This document shows positions 23,767-38,309 of a stretch of 64,000 nt of DNA, piece by piece. Position 1 is the stretch's first letter; each line of letters opens with the position of its first letter. The translations under genes and the position numbers were made by a program. The stretch is taken from contig OZ316896.1 in assembly GCA_973895155.1 (NCBI GenBank), forward strand, positions 16,347,752-16,411,751. The letters run 5' to 3'. The notes beneath the pieces were generated by a model, which was not told the DNA's origin, ran no database searches, and saw nothing but the letters and a program-made list of their open reading frames with translations. The DNA comes from Marsupella aquatica (lineage: Eukaryota; Plantae; Marchantiophyta).

Positions 23767-26700
23767 TCCAGCTTAGAACCTCTTGGATGAGCTGTCGGTC
23801 AGCCCTGTATCACTCGTGATACATGAAATGTACATCTATGGACCTCCCTTCTCCAAATAAGAAATCAACAGAAGCTTGACTGCGAGCGATTCGTTTCATA
23901 AACATTGTCAGTGCTCCTCTTATGAATATGCAGTGCTTTGTATCTTGGTGTTGGTTGTATTATCCATTACAGACAGCATCGTAACAGTCAGATCACTAAC
24001 CAAATTTGTCTCTTTCAAAGTCCTCTTGTCACATTTCTCCCTACTGGTGAAGCAGACGAATAAATTTTTCGAGGGAACTCTTGGGCCGACAATTCAGACA
24101 TAGTGAGGTCCAGTGAGGTCCAATGGCATATGGGACCTCATATTGACCATATTGACCATATTGACCCGTGCCTCTTTATCTTGCCACTACTTTGCCTCAA
24201 TTCTCCAGTGTCACCGTTCTAAATTTATAATAATTTTATAATAATTTTTATTACTTTATATCAAAATATTCTTTTAATTATAGTAAAGAAGATATGATAA
24301 CATAACCTTTATATACTTTTCCATAAATCTAAAACAAAGGAAGTCATTAGAAAGAACTTGCTATAGCGCAACGACTTTGACTTGGGAACTGGTTGTTTTA
24401 TTTTATTTTGCTTAGGGAGCTCCCTGAAAAGTGTTTTGCAAAATACCTAATTAATTTCTGTTGCAATCACGAATGAAGATGTTTGCTTGTTGCGCGTTGT
24501 TAATGCATGAATGAAGATTTTGCAATCACAAATAAAAACAACAAAATAACGAACAAACATTGGAAAACATAACAATTAATTTGCCAATCCACAAAGATCA
24601 GGGGCATAAAATTTAACCAATTAAAACCTTTTTTTCACTTTACAAATTATAGTAAACAATTTCTCTATATTTATCTGATGTACTTTAAAATGACTAGTAA
24701 CTCTAGTTGCTAGATCTGATTGATCAATAATTGACTAACAAACCGTACCATAGACTATGGTGCACAGCAGTCACAAGAAAATGTGCATGTCAGATTTCTT
24801 AGATGGCGGGTGAGTTCAAATGTTGATAATTAATAGTGACCCTGTGCACTTTAAACGGACAATACTTTTAACTTACATTCACTGGGGTATGTCGCCAGTC
24901 TACCATGTATCAGAGGATTTTCATAGTCATAAATTTTTTAATTTTTTAATTTATTTTTTTTTAATTTTTTTAAGGGAAATCTGTGAAACCCCACAGAAAG
25001 GGAAGAATAAGCCACAATAGTAGGGAAGAGCCAGCCCACAATAGTTGAACCCAAGACTTATCAGTCTCTACTCATTCAAGTGAGCTACCACAAAGTCATG
25101 CCTCTCTGGGCCTAGTCATAATTTTTAGGTCTCAAGTTTGGGCTTAATTATTATATCCTGCGAGCTTGGGGACCTACTTACTAAAAAAATTGGAAGAAAA
25201 ATAGATTTCCCAAATTTTTCTGATGCTACTCATCAACCCAATCAGATAAAAAGATTCAAGGGAAATTAAAAACAAAAAGTGAGCTGAGATTGGGAGATGA
25301 AAAAGAAACAGGTGGGAGGTCGGGGTGGGCAAGAGGGGCAGAGAAATTTGAGGTTGCAAGAGTAGGTTAGTTGCACCTTAGTCACTAATTAGTTTTCACT
25401 TTTAGTGAGAGTTTGTTGAGTTTAAGTTTAGTATTAGCCACTTACTAACTTATTGAAGACTGGCATGTTTATTGACTCAATAAACTGAAGCGTATGAGTA
25501 GGATGTTGTGGTAGTGTTTTTTGCATGAATTTTATAGAAAATCCAGCAAGAAGGACAGCCAGGAGAAAACACAAATATGGAATTATGGAAAGCCAAAGAT
25601 CTTTCCTGATCTTACAGACAATTGTCAGATCTTCAAAGATCTGCCAAATCCAGCTACAACTAAAGGCAAATTTTGGCAGATTTTGCTTGATATTTGTTTC
25701 CTTGACTTTTGTTTGTATCATTTGCCCCTGATTTTGCCACAAGTTGGAGAGAGAAAGATTTTGGAGGTATATTGCCAATTAAAAAATCACTGCCAATGAC
25801 AATTACTTCTATAGTGCTATCCTGACTTGTGCAAAAAATTAAAAGATATTAAAGTTTTGTACCTAACTATCAAAATATTTCAGAGTACTTGTGAAACTTT
25901 GAAATGATTTTGTGATGCCAAAATTTAGAATGTTATGTAAACACTGACTTCGCAGTGTAGGGAAGGTTTTTTAAGTTAAGAAGTAATGGAAGCACAATAA
26001 GTTGTATTAGCTTCCTTACAACCATTAGAGCATACATACTGAAGGTTCCTCCAACCAGGTTATTTTTAAGGTTTCTACTTTTCTCACCAGAGTGGTGAAT
26101 GTCCAGTGTGTGAAGGAGAATATGCTCAAAAAATCTTGTCTGATTATTTTCCTGATCGTCAGAGCTCCCTAGATTTAAGGATGACTGTTAGATTCTGGCT
26201 AATGGGATTGTGATTAGGTGCGACCAGCCATTTTTTGTGGGCCAAAATTTGCCCAAAACTTACCTAGAAAAGGGGCTAGCTAATGACACTCGGGTCAAGT
26301 TCTTGAAAAACTGACAGCCATTTGCCACATTAGGATCAAGGGCTGGCATCATTTGCCAGCAAGCCCGGGGCAAGATAAGGGTTGTTTGCCTGCTGCTCAT
26401 TGTACATAGCAGCCAGTCTTTGACAAGGAGCTAGCAGAGCCAAAGAGTTTCCCAAGAATGAGCTAGCTGAGCTCTTCAAGTTACCATTAATTCACCACAT
26501 GAGTGCACTACTAAGCTTTGGGATTAGCCAATGATTGAGTCAACTTACTCTCAACCAGAGACTATTAGCCAGTTGGCTACAACCCAAAGCTATGTTGTAG
26601 CCAACTTTCATTACTCCATAGGCCAAGTAAGAAGCCACCTTGGCAAAAAACAATTAATACAAAAAAATGGTTGGGGTGGGACACTGGCTAATCAGACACA

Positions 26701-26901
26701 AAAATACTAGCAAATTTTTGCCAAAAATGGCAAAAGCATTTTGGGAAGGTGGAATTTGGCAAAATTTTGCCACTAAAAAAAATGCTGCCTCCAACCAAAG
26801 GTGCATGCCAGGTTTACAAGAATCAATGTTCCCCATTAAGTTACAAGCTCAAACACACAATGATTGGCTACATCCATCTTTTGAGATAATTATATCCCTC
26901 A

Positions 26902-27371
26902 CGAGCCCTATGCCAGTGCGTTGCACTGTGCAAGGAGGGCCGGTCCCATAGGGAGAATCTGATGTATGCCTCGAAAGAAAGTTTTCTTCTCACTTCTCGA
27001 GCAATCAATCGCATGTTATGGGGGGGCGAGCGAGGCAGGAGGGCGCGAAGCCCTATGGAGGGGGGCGAGCGAGGCTGGAGGGCACGAAGCCCTATGGAGG
27101 GGGGCAATCGAGGCTCGTGCCTCCTTCATTCGCCACGGACGGGGAGCAGGGGTGTCGGGGCCAGGAGGGGCGCGAAGCCCTATGGAGGGGGCTGCGCGTG
27201 CCTGAGTGCCTCATTCAATCTGGTGCATGCCTCGTTTCACGATCGGACGGCTACGAAAAATGAGATGCTTGTATCTGACGGTTAAGATTGATTCCCGCTG
27301 AAATTTGAATTCATAATGGGACGACGGACGAAAGTGGCCAAATGGGCGGGATTGCGTATTATAGTGTTAGA
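26902..27371 (-). mobile_element. Non-autonomous Helitron (470 bp) with internal 39-bp GC-rich repeats
   Basis: On the minus strand: A|TCTAACACTATAATA start, subterminal hairpin CAGTGC-AAC-GCACTG, end CTCG|T. Internal unit GGGGGGCGAGCGAGGC(A/T)GGAGGGC(G/A)CGAAGCCCTATGGA at 27021 and 27060, with partial copies at 27099 and ~27165. Confidence 0.75.
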
Positions 27372-28099
27372 TTCCATGAGTACGAAATACACTACCAAAA
27401 CAAAAAGCCCTGCAGGTAATCACACATCAAAATATGGTAATATATGACGTGCACATCATCGATTTAAAGAAAATAACAAGGTTTGTCATGGTATGGAGGG
27501 ATGTCAACTTCAAGCCGGGAAACTAGTTGGGAGACTTTGAGCCCCCCATATGGCGTAGGAAATACGTTGTCATCATAATTAGTCTTACTCACACTGATTT
27601 AAGAGCGTCAATTTTCAGGGTCTACTTGTGAATTAGTTTTAGTCACACTATTTTTCATAACACTACTTTTGTACCCATGAATTAGTGTTATTGAAGTCTC
27701 GGGAGTGGAAAAATAGAGAGAACTATTTTGAAAATCCACAAGAATTAGGATTACTTTGGACTCAAGATTACCCATGTTTTACTAGCAATTTAAACAAAAC
27801 AAAAATTAAAAGCAGCCTGAAAACCTGCCAAAATTAGTTTTACTTGGACTCAAAATTACTTTTACCAAAATTATTGTTAGTGTAACACTAATTTTGTAGT
27901 AAGGCTAATTCTTGCATAACACTAATTACAATGAAGAGACTTGTAATTAACTATTGACCAGTAACTGGTAAAGTTCCCTACTAGTAATCCTGAGAGGAGG
28001 GTTGGATGCAATCATAATATACTCCCAAATCAAGTACAGTCAAACAAGACACGTTGTCATCCAACTAAAGTACAGTATATGATTGGCATCACAAAAGGG

Positions 28100-29097
28100 G
28101 AGATATATGCTTGATGGGCCCCCTATGAACCTTTCTTACCTGATGGGCCCCTAGGTAACGTTTTTTACCAAGTAGGACCCCTCTTAATGACCAGTACACC
28201 TGTTCTTGTGTGGTGCCTACACCTGTCCTTGTGTGGTGCCTACTATGTACAGTGACTCCAAGAAAACTGCACAGTTGAACCGTGCGGTTGACTTTACATG
28301 GTCGACCAAGAAACCACAAAGATTATTCGAGAGAAACCGCGAAAAGCGACTGCCACTGTCGAAATTGCAATTTGAAGACAATATGCATTATGTCTTCGGA
28401 TTCACTGGGTTAATGCCCGAAGACACAATGGATTATGTCTTCGAGTTCAAATTTTTACCGCATCGTGGGGTAGTTATTAGGTATGTTTTTCACGTTGCGC
28501 ACATGGGTTTTTCACAATGTTTTCATGCACGACTGTCAACGTCAGTGTGGGGTACCTCCAAATGTCCACAAAAAATATTCAAGTTCAATGTTCAGAATTT
28601 GCCTACTGCCGCCACAACAAAAATTGGCAAATGATTGACAATTGCGCTCAAAAAATGGTAATACTCCCCTGTGCAATGCATACAAACAATTTCAAAAGAA
28701 GACAGACCCAAAGGTGTCGGGGTACACCCTAAACCCTAAACCTTGAAACACAAGAAGACATAATCCATTGAGTCTTCAGGCATTAACCCATTGAATCCGA
28801 AGACATAATGCATATTGTCTTCAAATCATAGTTTCGACAGCGGCAGTCGCTTTTCACGGTTTCTCCCGAATCATCTCCGTGGTTTCTCGGTCGACCATGC
28901 AAGGTTGACCGCACGGTTCAACTGTGCAGTTTGCTTGGAGTCACCATACATAGTAGGCACCACACAAGGACAGGTGTAGGCACCACACAAGAACAGGTGT
29001 ACTGGTCATTAAGAGGGGTCCTACTTGGTTAAAAAAGTTACCTAGGGGCCCATCAGGTAAGAAAGGTTCACCAGGGGGCCCATCAAGCATATATCTC
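28100..29097. mobile_element. Non-autonomous Mutator-like (MULE) fold-back element with ~340-bp TIRs
   Basis: GAGATATATGCTTGATGG... vs ...CCATCAAGCATATATCTC. 28100-28441 is the reverse complement of ~28755-29097. TSD CACAAAAGGG (10 bp, or 8 bp if the TIR starts GGAG). Confidence 0.92.
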
Positions 29098-29585
29098 CAC
29101 AAAAGGGAGACCAAAGAAAGAACATTCTTTGAACTAATCTTGCGATGTGAACCTTACACCAACAGTCCCCAAAGCAAAACGTGTATCCAATCCAAGTAGC
29201 TATAATTAGTCAAAACAAACTATAAGAAAGGTTAGGAAAAAGTGTGTTATTTTGTGCTCCTACAACTCCAAGGACAGTCACGGCTTGAGAGGGGTTATTG
29301 ACTTATTAGACAAAATATCAAATTTTGACACTGCTATATATGGTGAATCCAATTTTCATGTTTTGTCTTATTCAGATTTTGTGTCCAGTATTTTGAACCT
29401 TGTGCCTTAACAAGGTGAATCATTTGTATCAAGTTGATTTTGAATTAACTTTGGACCCCTTTTAATCTTAGTTAACTTAGAGTAATTTGAATTTATTTTG
29501 GCTCCCCTCATAAACTTTTAATCTTTCCTTTCCCAAACACTCCTTAGCTCATAGGAGTGAGATATTTTGAACAATGTGCACATCT

Positions 29586-30426
29586 GAGGTATAATTATGT
29601 TTGATGGGACCCCTGCCAAAAGAAATTTATGTGATAGACCCTTATGAAACTTTTGTTACAAACTAGGCCCCCTTTGACACTTTTTGGGTCAGATGTACGT
29701 TCTTGTAAAGTTCCTATAAGGAGTTTTAGCTTTATATTATCACCAATAAGATCAAGTGTAAAGTTTGGAGTCAAACCATGCTAATGACAAACTACACCAT
29801 TGGGGGCACCACGGAGTAATGGCGGCCATAGCTTGATTGCAAGTTCATAAGTGAAGACAATATGGTTTATGTGTTCAGGTTTGAATTTCTACCATGCCAT
29901 CTGTCTTTAGGTTGCTTTTGACATTTCTTTTTGTTCTTTTGTCTAAGTTTGGAATGAATCCTCTACGTTTGGCCATTAGTCCCTACTGCAATGTTCAGAA
30001 ATTGTCAAAGTGTGGAACAAACACAACATAGTTGTTGTCTTCTCACATCTAGACCCCAAATTTGTCTAAGCATGGAAGAAACCAAGGATTTTTTGCTCTT
30101 GGCTGTTCCTGTGTTGCAGCTTTAAAAAATTGTTTGTGTGAAACAAAACCACCATGGAGGCAATCATAACGGGAAAAATTTGCTAAGTTCCACTCCTGGT
30201 TCAAGCCAAGAGTCCATTATGTCTTCAAGCATACATGTACACGCGGTGGACTATGACATGGAGTGCAACGGATTGTGATGGGAAACATACGGCTGACCTG
30301 CAGTTAGGCATCGCATAAGAACCATGTGTAAGGAACCTATGTAGGGGGCCTAGTTTGTAACAAAAGTTTAGTATGGGCCTGTCATGTAAATTTGTTTTGA
30401 CAAGGGTCTCATCAAACATATGCCTC
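29586..30426. mobile_element. Older, degenerate MULE-like element related to 28100-29097
   Basis: TIRs GAGG..ATGTTTGATGGGACCC..TTTTGTTACAAACTAGGCCCCCT / AGGGGGCCTAGTTTGTAACAAAA..CATCAAACATATGCCTC. Flanks TGCACATCT/TGCACAATT. Shares the internal motif GAAGACAATATG. Confidence 0.7.
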
Positions 30427-32339
30427 TGCACAATTTGGTGTACTAAGTTCCCCTCAGACATGGTTCCCTTTACAAAATTTATGGTTTTAATTGAGTTGAT
30501 TCTCATTACCTAGAAGCAAGTGAAAATATGTACCTTATGTGCACAACTCTTCAAGACCTTGTACTTTCCTGGTCATTAAATGTGTTTTTCTTTGCATGTG
30601 TGCTTATGGTTTTGTGTATTATCTCACTCACTCGTAATTAGAAGATTATTTTCTTGGCATGTACTTTATATCTACTCTCTTCTTTTATCATAAATAAATT
30701 AGATAAATTACACATTACTACAAGACATAAATAGGAAAATGAAGCCCGGATGGACCAAGCACTTTGTCAAAAAGTCCTGATAGACTTTGACAACCCCTAT
30801 GGACCAAACCCCACATCATTCTTCACTTACATAATACCAATTACACTTCTGTTGGAATTATGACCTGTAAGACCGTACAGACCGATTGCACTAAGTAGTC
30901 TGCAAAGTCCACTATAGCCACTTTTGAGTCCGTCACAGCCAGTTGTACACTGTGAAGTATTGTCCCAAACTTATAAAGCTTTTGCCCCTGTACCACTTAT
31001 ATTTTGCATTGTTGTAGCTATATTTCTAAGTAAGTTTCTCAATCTCAATGTCAGTTTGTCTATTGAAGCTCTGGCATTTCAATGTCAATGTCAATTGAAC
31101 AAATGTTGAGGAAATTCAGCCTTTCCTTTTCATATGGTCTCAAGGGAGGACTTTAAGCTCACATTGGTAAGCAAAATGGCTCCAAACACAACTTCATATA
31201 TCAGACACGTTCAGCAGGCTACCAGGTGGGCCTCATGCTCACAACACATAAGCACAATTCAATCAATCTCTTGTGCGTGCGCCTGCTTGGGGAGGAATTT
31301 GGTATGAAGAATGCTTTTAAAGATTAGTGCTGCTCACCTGAAAGTGTCCTGCTCCTGTTTTGGGAAACAATTTGAGAAAAATTTGACTAAACATAAGAGG
31401 GGGGTGGCTGAGCAGTTCTCTGTGGTTGATTGAGCAGCTCTTGATTTGTCATAGAAGTCAGCTCCTGGAATGAGAAACAATTACATTTGTGAGAGTTTGG
31501 TTGTTAAAATTTTTACTTTTTCTTTGTCAAGCTCAAACAACATCCATGATGAATGTACTCATCCACAAGCCCGTTGTTAGCTAGCAATACCCCCCCCCCC
31601 ACCCATACGCCATTTGAGCCAGTGTGGTTGGTGCAGTTCAAACAGGTTCCAACTACCGCATTGGCCAGGAAAAACTCCATGTGGACACACATTCAAGCTC
31701 CTAGTGAATTGAGCTGATCGAATCAGTAGCAGTGTTGGAAGTCATCCGTCAGCTTTAGCTAAACATCATTTCAGCCTAGCCTGAGGAAATTGCCAACATT
31801 GGGCCCCAATTCACATTTGCCAATTGGCCGGGCAGTTGCATCTACAACGTTGTTTTTTCCTTTAATTTTAATGTCACTTTGTTGGGCAGCTGATCATTGT
31901 TTTTGGCTTTGCGTTGCATCAGGCAGCAGGCAAAGACTGCCTAAAGAGATTTATCTTCCCCTACAAACTTCTTTCCCCTTCAACTCAGTCTTGCATGGCA
32001 AGGACAATGTACATATTTGTTAACACTGGTCAATTCTCTAGAGATTCTAGCCCTGATGCTATGCATGCACTTGCCTATGCAACAAGATATACACTATTCT
32101 GGGGGAATTTGTTATGGATAATTATGATAGGAGCAAAACAAGATTTCCTTGGATATTTCTTTTAATATAAGTAATAAACCATGAAAACCCTACGGGAAGG
32201 GGAAGCAAACACCACAAAGAACAATATCCAGAAGACACAACTCCCAGACGGGAGGCCAGAAGGGGCCAAAGGAGGACAAAAGCCCCCACACTGTCTCAAA
32301 AGGCCTCAAATAAAACAAAGCACCGAATCAAAAGGATGC

Positions 32340-32640
32340 TTAAGCAAGCCATAATATAAACTAAAATTCTCCTTGAGATCATGCCAAAGTATAGCCCAAA
32401 GTAGTGGAGAGTTGGGTGCATAAATACTTCCGATTCCAAAATTTTCCTCCTCCTTTTTGAGTATAACCCAAATGGCTCTTCCAAGATCCAAAGAACCAGA
32501 ATCCAGGACCTTGAAAGAGAGGTGCACCAGTAAGGCCGAGCCTCTGCATTCCTCATCAGGAGGGGATACAAAATGCTGAAATTTTGGTAAAATTGAGCGC
32601 ATTGCAACCTCAAGGCGGAATTGATCTGCTGTGACCTCTT
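32340..32640 (-). mobile_element. Degenerate LINE (L1-type) AP-endonuclease fragment
   Basis: RGSALLVH...GRAIWVIL..FGIGSIYAPNSP..WAILW resembles the L1 EN 'G.a.l..GR.i....vYAPN' region. Confidence 0.6.
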
Positions 32641-35600
32641 GTACGTAGAGCTAATATATCTAATGGGACTGATAAGGATTCTATCCAATTATTAACAACA
32701 AGTTTCAGATTGGGCTCGCAAAGCCCCCAAACACTCCAACTGAAGCTGCAATTCTAATTGTATGCACCATACTTCCATATATGCTAGCTTGGCTTCCGAC
32801 CTCTAATGATGTAATATAATTGTGAGGGCGACTGCCTGGTGAGACCCCAATACCTTCACGTTGTAATGGAGTTACGCCCACTAGAGTGGGGTCCCTCCCG
32901 ATGCCCAATCCTGATCCAATCCCAATGATTTGAGGATGTTCTGTGATCTCCCACTGTCTCACCTTCCCTTTCAGACCGGAATTGTGCTAAATATGAACTG
33001 AAATTGCTCCATAAATTTTTCCAAATTTCAGGATGCTTACCATTTTCATGCTCGACACTCCTCCAAATCATGGTCCCATCCCCGCCAACAACTATATCTA
33101 TTCTTGGGTGTCAGCTACAAAAATCTGTAGGAACCAGTACTTGCAAGTAAAAACAGATATACTTGGGTGATATTTGTAAACTTTTTTAAGCCCTAGAAAG
33201 TAAAAGATGGTACTAGATACACCCATATGTTAAGAACATTCTCTAACTTATATTTAGAGACCCCTTCAAAAGCTCCTTCCAAAATCCCTGGAAGCACCTG
33301 AGACACATCAGCAGTATTGGTCACAAACAAAAACGGATAGTTATACAAGAAATCTCAAACATGACTATTTATGTTTGAGGCATGGCAATGGAAAACAGGA
33401 TAATTCAAATTAATGGACCCAATAATTGGATAAACAATGGAAAATTTTGAAAATTTAAATTAAACAAAGAAATGGGTAAAAGGGGTGATAGAGATAACCT
33501 TTGGATAGGTTGCAAGTAGTATATCAGTGTTTCCCAGTAAATTGTTTGAATAATCTATTTGATTTTATTTATTTTTGAAAATTCATGGGTAGAAGGAAAC
33601 TCTTCAGCTATTGTAACATAAGGCTAGTATGGAAGGAGTAACAAGACAATGTAAGAAACCCTTCAATGGACAGAGGAACAAGGGAACATAGAACCCTTTG
33701 GGTACTATGGACAGAGGAATACCAAGGGAACATTAGACACCCTTGGGTTACTATGAACAAAGGAAGATTTTGCATGGACTCTATGGACATATAAGTATCA
33801 AGGGAATGTTTTGCAGGGGCTTACCATGAATAATCTCCTCGTTGTCTTTAATGACATTGAACAGTTTCCTAACTACCTTAATACCCACTTGATCCAAAAT
33901 TCTCCATTTACTCTATCCTCTCATCTCCATCATCAAACCTATTCCAATGTCAAACTCTTCATCACTCCAACTAGTTGAATAATATCCTCGACTAGTTTTT
34001 CTAAACCAAAGTAGGTACTTTAAGTGAAAAAAAGAATATCACTAGAGTATTTTCTTTGTAAATAGGAGTATTTAAACAAGCTACCGCACGTGCTATCTCA
34101 AAACATCTCAAAACATAGTTAGTGAAACCCCCAATATACACAATTACAAACAAATAACCAGACAACTAAATCTTCTCAAAAAAGACTGCTCCAAGATTCC
34201 TTGGAGTAGTTTCAAACAACATTGATTGAAACAAAACTCTGACTCATGCTAGAATCTGAATGGAAACTACAGTACACACAAAAAACCATCAGAGTTTGTG
34301 AAGGGTCCCACAAGCTTCCCCAAGTGTCCCAACTTTCACCACAAGAAATTAGCTGAAATGCCACAGCACAAACTTTCGATCAAAACTAAGCACATGACTC
34401 CCAGCTTAGGGAGGGAAAAGTGCCGAGTTGTACAGACCAGGGCATTGTGGGGGTCCCAAAGCTGGGCCCACAGTGGGTGTCCCAAAGCTGGGCCTGCTAT
34501 ATACGCACCTGATGGGGCCCTGATAGCGGACGGATGGGAATGCTCTTAGGCTTTCCAAGGTTTAGAGGAATTAGAGCACTTGTCACTCCACGGACTCTTG
34601 GCATGCAAGGGAAGGGGAGAATAAAAAATAAAACATGAAAGGAACACATCAATTGAGAATGTGGAGGCTCTAGAAAAGCAACAATCAGATAAAGCCTCTT
34701 TTCTTACTCTGGTATATATCTGGTGGTCCCACACACGAAAGAAAGGTCATGCCTTTTTCTCTCGCTTTGGTGGGCCCATAAAAAAGGAAAGAAACAAATC
34801 CCTCGTTTCTTGGTAATTGAGTGGGTGAGGGAATATGCTTGTTGGGCCTCAAATCAACCAAGTTCACAATCTGGTGGAGATCTTCTTGCTCCTGGCGTAT
34901 GTATTTTATGGACCACAGCTCACGTCACACTACCAGTTTTGGGTGTCATCCTTGGCAGTAAGTTGGGTCCATGTGGGCAGATTTGTTGGCTTCTAATTAA
35001 TATTTCAAGTATACGTTTTCATGTTTGAGATTTTTCTCTATTGTGACATTGACACCACTTATACGAAAAACTGGAAAAAGTACCAATTTACTATAAAAGG
35101 CCAAACAAACTGTCATTGAGTAAAAGTAAAAGAGGTCCAGATAGAGCAAAGTCAGAACCCTAAAGTACCTATAAGAGAAGAAAATCTGATGTGTCTTTCA
35201 AATCTCTATTTGGACTCCACTTACGCATATCACATCATGCCATGTCATAGCCTCCAGTTTTATTTTGTTTTATGAGTGGTCCGTTTTGTTTGAAAAGTTT
35301 AAATTCATCCTCCTTACTATTCTATTATCGTCATCATTTGAACCCAGGTCCACCATTGAAGTGGGAGCAATGAACTCCTGCATAAAATTGTTCTGGGCAC
35401 CTGGGAAAAAGTCCAGGGCTCTTGAAGTACTATGGGGGTGGGACTCAGTTTGATGTTTGGGACAATGTTGGATTGTATTTCAATGTAACAGACCAATTTG
35501 CAGTCACTTTGTCACTTGCTCATTTTGATCACTTGGTACTCCATCCAATATTGCTCCAAAACTGAACAAAGTGAGGTTTGCAGCCTCCCACCCACAAACT

Positions 35601-38309
35601 AAGGTGTTCATTTGTCAGGCTATTAACACATTGGTGATCTTGTTTTAGAAGCAGCTCCAAAACTAATTGAAGTGGATTTCTCACACAAACAGTGGCCAAA
35701 CCCGGGATACCCACCATTGGTTTGATATGCATTGGGTTGCATGCATACACGTTCTCAAATGATGCCACTCGCAATTGAAACTGCTTTGCACTACACTTAG
35801 CAGGAGATGCAACTCCATTATATTTATATCAGATCAGATGAAACAGACCAAGTTCCCTGGCTTGCATTAAATAATGCACATTGATGCAAAACTATGTGCA
35901 TGAAAGATACGCATAGAATGCATGTTAAAATTCTTAGGAGTAATGTCTCATGCCTTGAGTGTCTTGGAGATTAGTGTGGCACTCCCCTATAAGCCTGTAT
36001 AGTTTTCAACATGGAAACTCACGGTAAGACTTATAACCATGTCTGAACCAAGTTACCATAGGGGGACTATTATAAGCCTGTTCTAACATTGAAATGGCTA
36101 TTCCTAAACTGAACTCAAAGGAATGTGGATTTGCTGTGAGATAGTTGCCAGACGCCTATATTTCCAGCCCTCTTATGATGGAGAGGAGGAAGTGCAAAAA
36201 ACAATGAACCTCAGATGCACGGGAAGCTGGTGCTCATGCTCATGATGGTGATTAAGACTCTGGGGCAAACTTTATTGTTGTTATTAGTTATTAAGGTAAG
36301 GAACATGACCAATCCACCAAAAAGGACCAAACAAAGTAGGATGGAGTACAATGGAAAGAGGTCCAAAGAGGTCATAGGCCAAACTCAAAGGAAAAGGGCA
36401 AACGCAGGTCCTTCGTGTCAGGGTTTGTCATTGCTAGGAGATTCTCTTCTTCTGCCCACCATCCATTGTGTATCACGTTTGCAACTAGGCACTTCAAAGA
36501 GAGACTACTCTACGAGAGCAAGCTTACCACCTACAAAAGAGTGTATCTATTAAACTTACTCAAAACTCAGTTTGTGATGTCAGTTGGTTCTCATTAACTG
36601 TCTCAAAAACAGCGCAAAGCCCCTTTGTGGGGCCAACATGCCCAAAAGCGTCAAGATGCTCATGTTTCCTTCTCCAAGAACCCCAAGCTAGAGCCCTCCA
36701 TTGGCAAGTGCCTGTTTTGGACATAAATAGAGGTGAGTACTTTCAAGCTCGCTGCACACTTTTTGGAGACTCACCCTACCCCAACTCCTTTCTCCACTCA
36801 CACCCCTACCTTCAGTTATGCCCCCAGAGTCAATCTAAAGGCTTCACTTTAGACCATAAGTGAAGAGTAGCAATGATAGCAATTATGGTCAGATGAAGAC
36901 AAGGATGGAGACTGAGGGCTTTTGCTTTTCTAGTGAATGTAGCATGGACGCTGTACTTAACTTTCGGTAGGGATTTGGTGAGACTAAAGTTCATCACCAG
37001 TGTTTCCCTTGTTTTCTCCCCTAGTTGGGTCTGCCTTTGTGAGCTTGTCTCCCAGTTTGGCACATTTTGCTTATTGATAATGTGATAGATAAAGAGAGAT
37101 TTTTGAAACTGTGCAACAACGAAACTATCCCATGTGATGTAGGTCTCAAACCCCTGATCTTATGCACTGTGCTGCACTTATGGTGAGCCTGATTGGAGCC
37201 TCATTACAACCTTGGCACTGTGGTCTGGTGGGCAGGAAATTTCAAAATGCTTGTAACCAGTAATGTGGGTGCACATTCCCAGCCCAAGGTCTAGCCCTTG
37301 GTTCAATGGGGTCTCCTTGACCTGCAAGCCACACTGCAGTGCCCAGACATCTTTTCCTCTGGCGTCTTTGGTTTGTTTTCATTTCTCCCTGTGGATAAGC
37401 TTTCACAAAGCAAGCACTGATAATGTTCCGCCCACCGTTGCCTGGAGATCACCATTGCCCATTTTCACCCAAGCTCAAATCCAAAGTCAAGAGCTGCCTC
37501 CACACCTCCTCACTCCCCTCCTGCTCTTGCTCCTCCACAAACCCTTCTTACAACCAGAATTTCCTTGTGGACCAAATTAAACTGATCCAAGGCATATCTT
37601 TATCTTTCAATCTCCTATAGTAAGCTTTTCATTAGTTCTCCAAAGCCAAAGTACAGGGTTCTAATGACAGGGTTGAAATGAAGTACAGGTTCATTTCAAT
37701 TTTTTTTAGAAAACCAGGAACTCTATACCACCTTTATGTTGCCCAATGGAATTCTGCTGAAGGAACCATGAATCAATGCTTCACGAGGGGTGGTGATTGT
37801 CTTCTGGAGAATCAACCCAAGGAACAATTCAGAATAATTACTGTAGGAACAAAACATCCACAGAAAGACATCCACAACAAAACGAGCATCTAAAACCAAT
37901 TTACCCTAGACGGGTTTCTACTTTTTAAATAATATTATAAAACAAGAACCCTCTACAACCAAGAAAACAAAGTAGTCTAGCACCTTTGCTTGGGTGGTCT
38001 TCGCCCCTTGCTTGCTATAGACAGGGCTTTGGCCCCCTTTGCAATTTGTTTTTGAGCAATGGATTTCTTGTGAAGGAACATGCTTCATAAGAATGAGTAA
38101 TCAAGCCCAAAGAATATGCATTCCAAAGAAATTAATATAGGACATCAAGCACCCTGCATGTACAACCATTATTTTGATGGCGAATGGAATTCTGCTAAAG
38201 AAACATGATTGCATGCTTCACGAAAGGCATGATTGTAGTTTGGAGCATCAATGCAAAGAACAATTAAACACAAATTAATACCTATATTTATCCATCTATT
38301 CCTACTATC

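Noticed and set aside
25040-25095. tRNA-like fragment (GTTGAACCC..., B-box-like on the minus strand)
   Set aside because: No cloverleaf can be formed; at most a decayed SINE head.
26868-27285. Repetitive Gly/Arg-rich ORFs
   Set aside because: By-products of the 39-bp GC-rich repeat inside the Helitron.
28206-28634. 142-aa ORF in the MULE
   Set aside because: It lies mostly in the TIR, has a non-ATG start and shows no transposase motifs.
35500-36600. Possible hAT dimerisation-domain remnant
   Set aside because: Only vague similarity in broken frames; it cannot be supported without a search.
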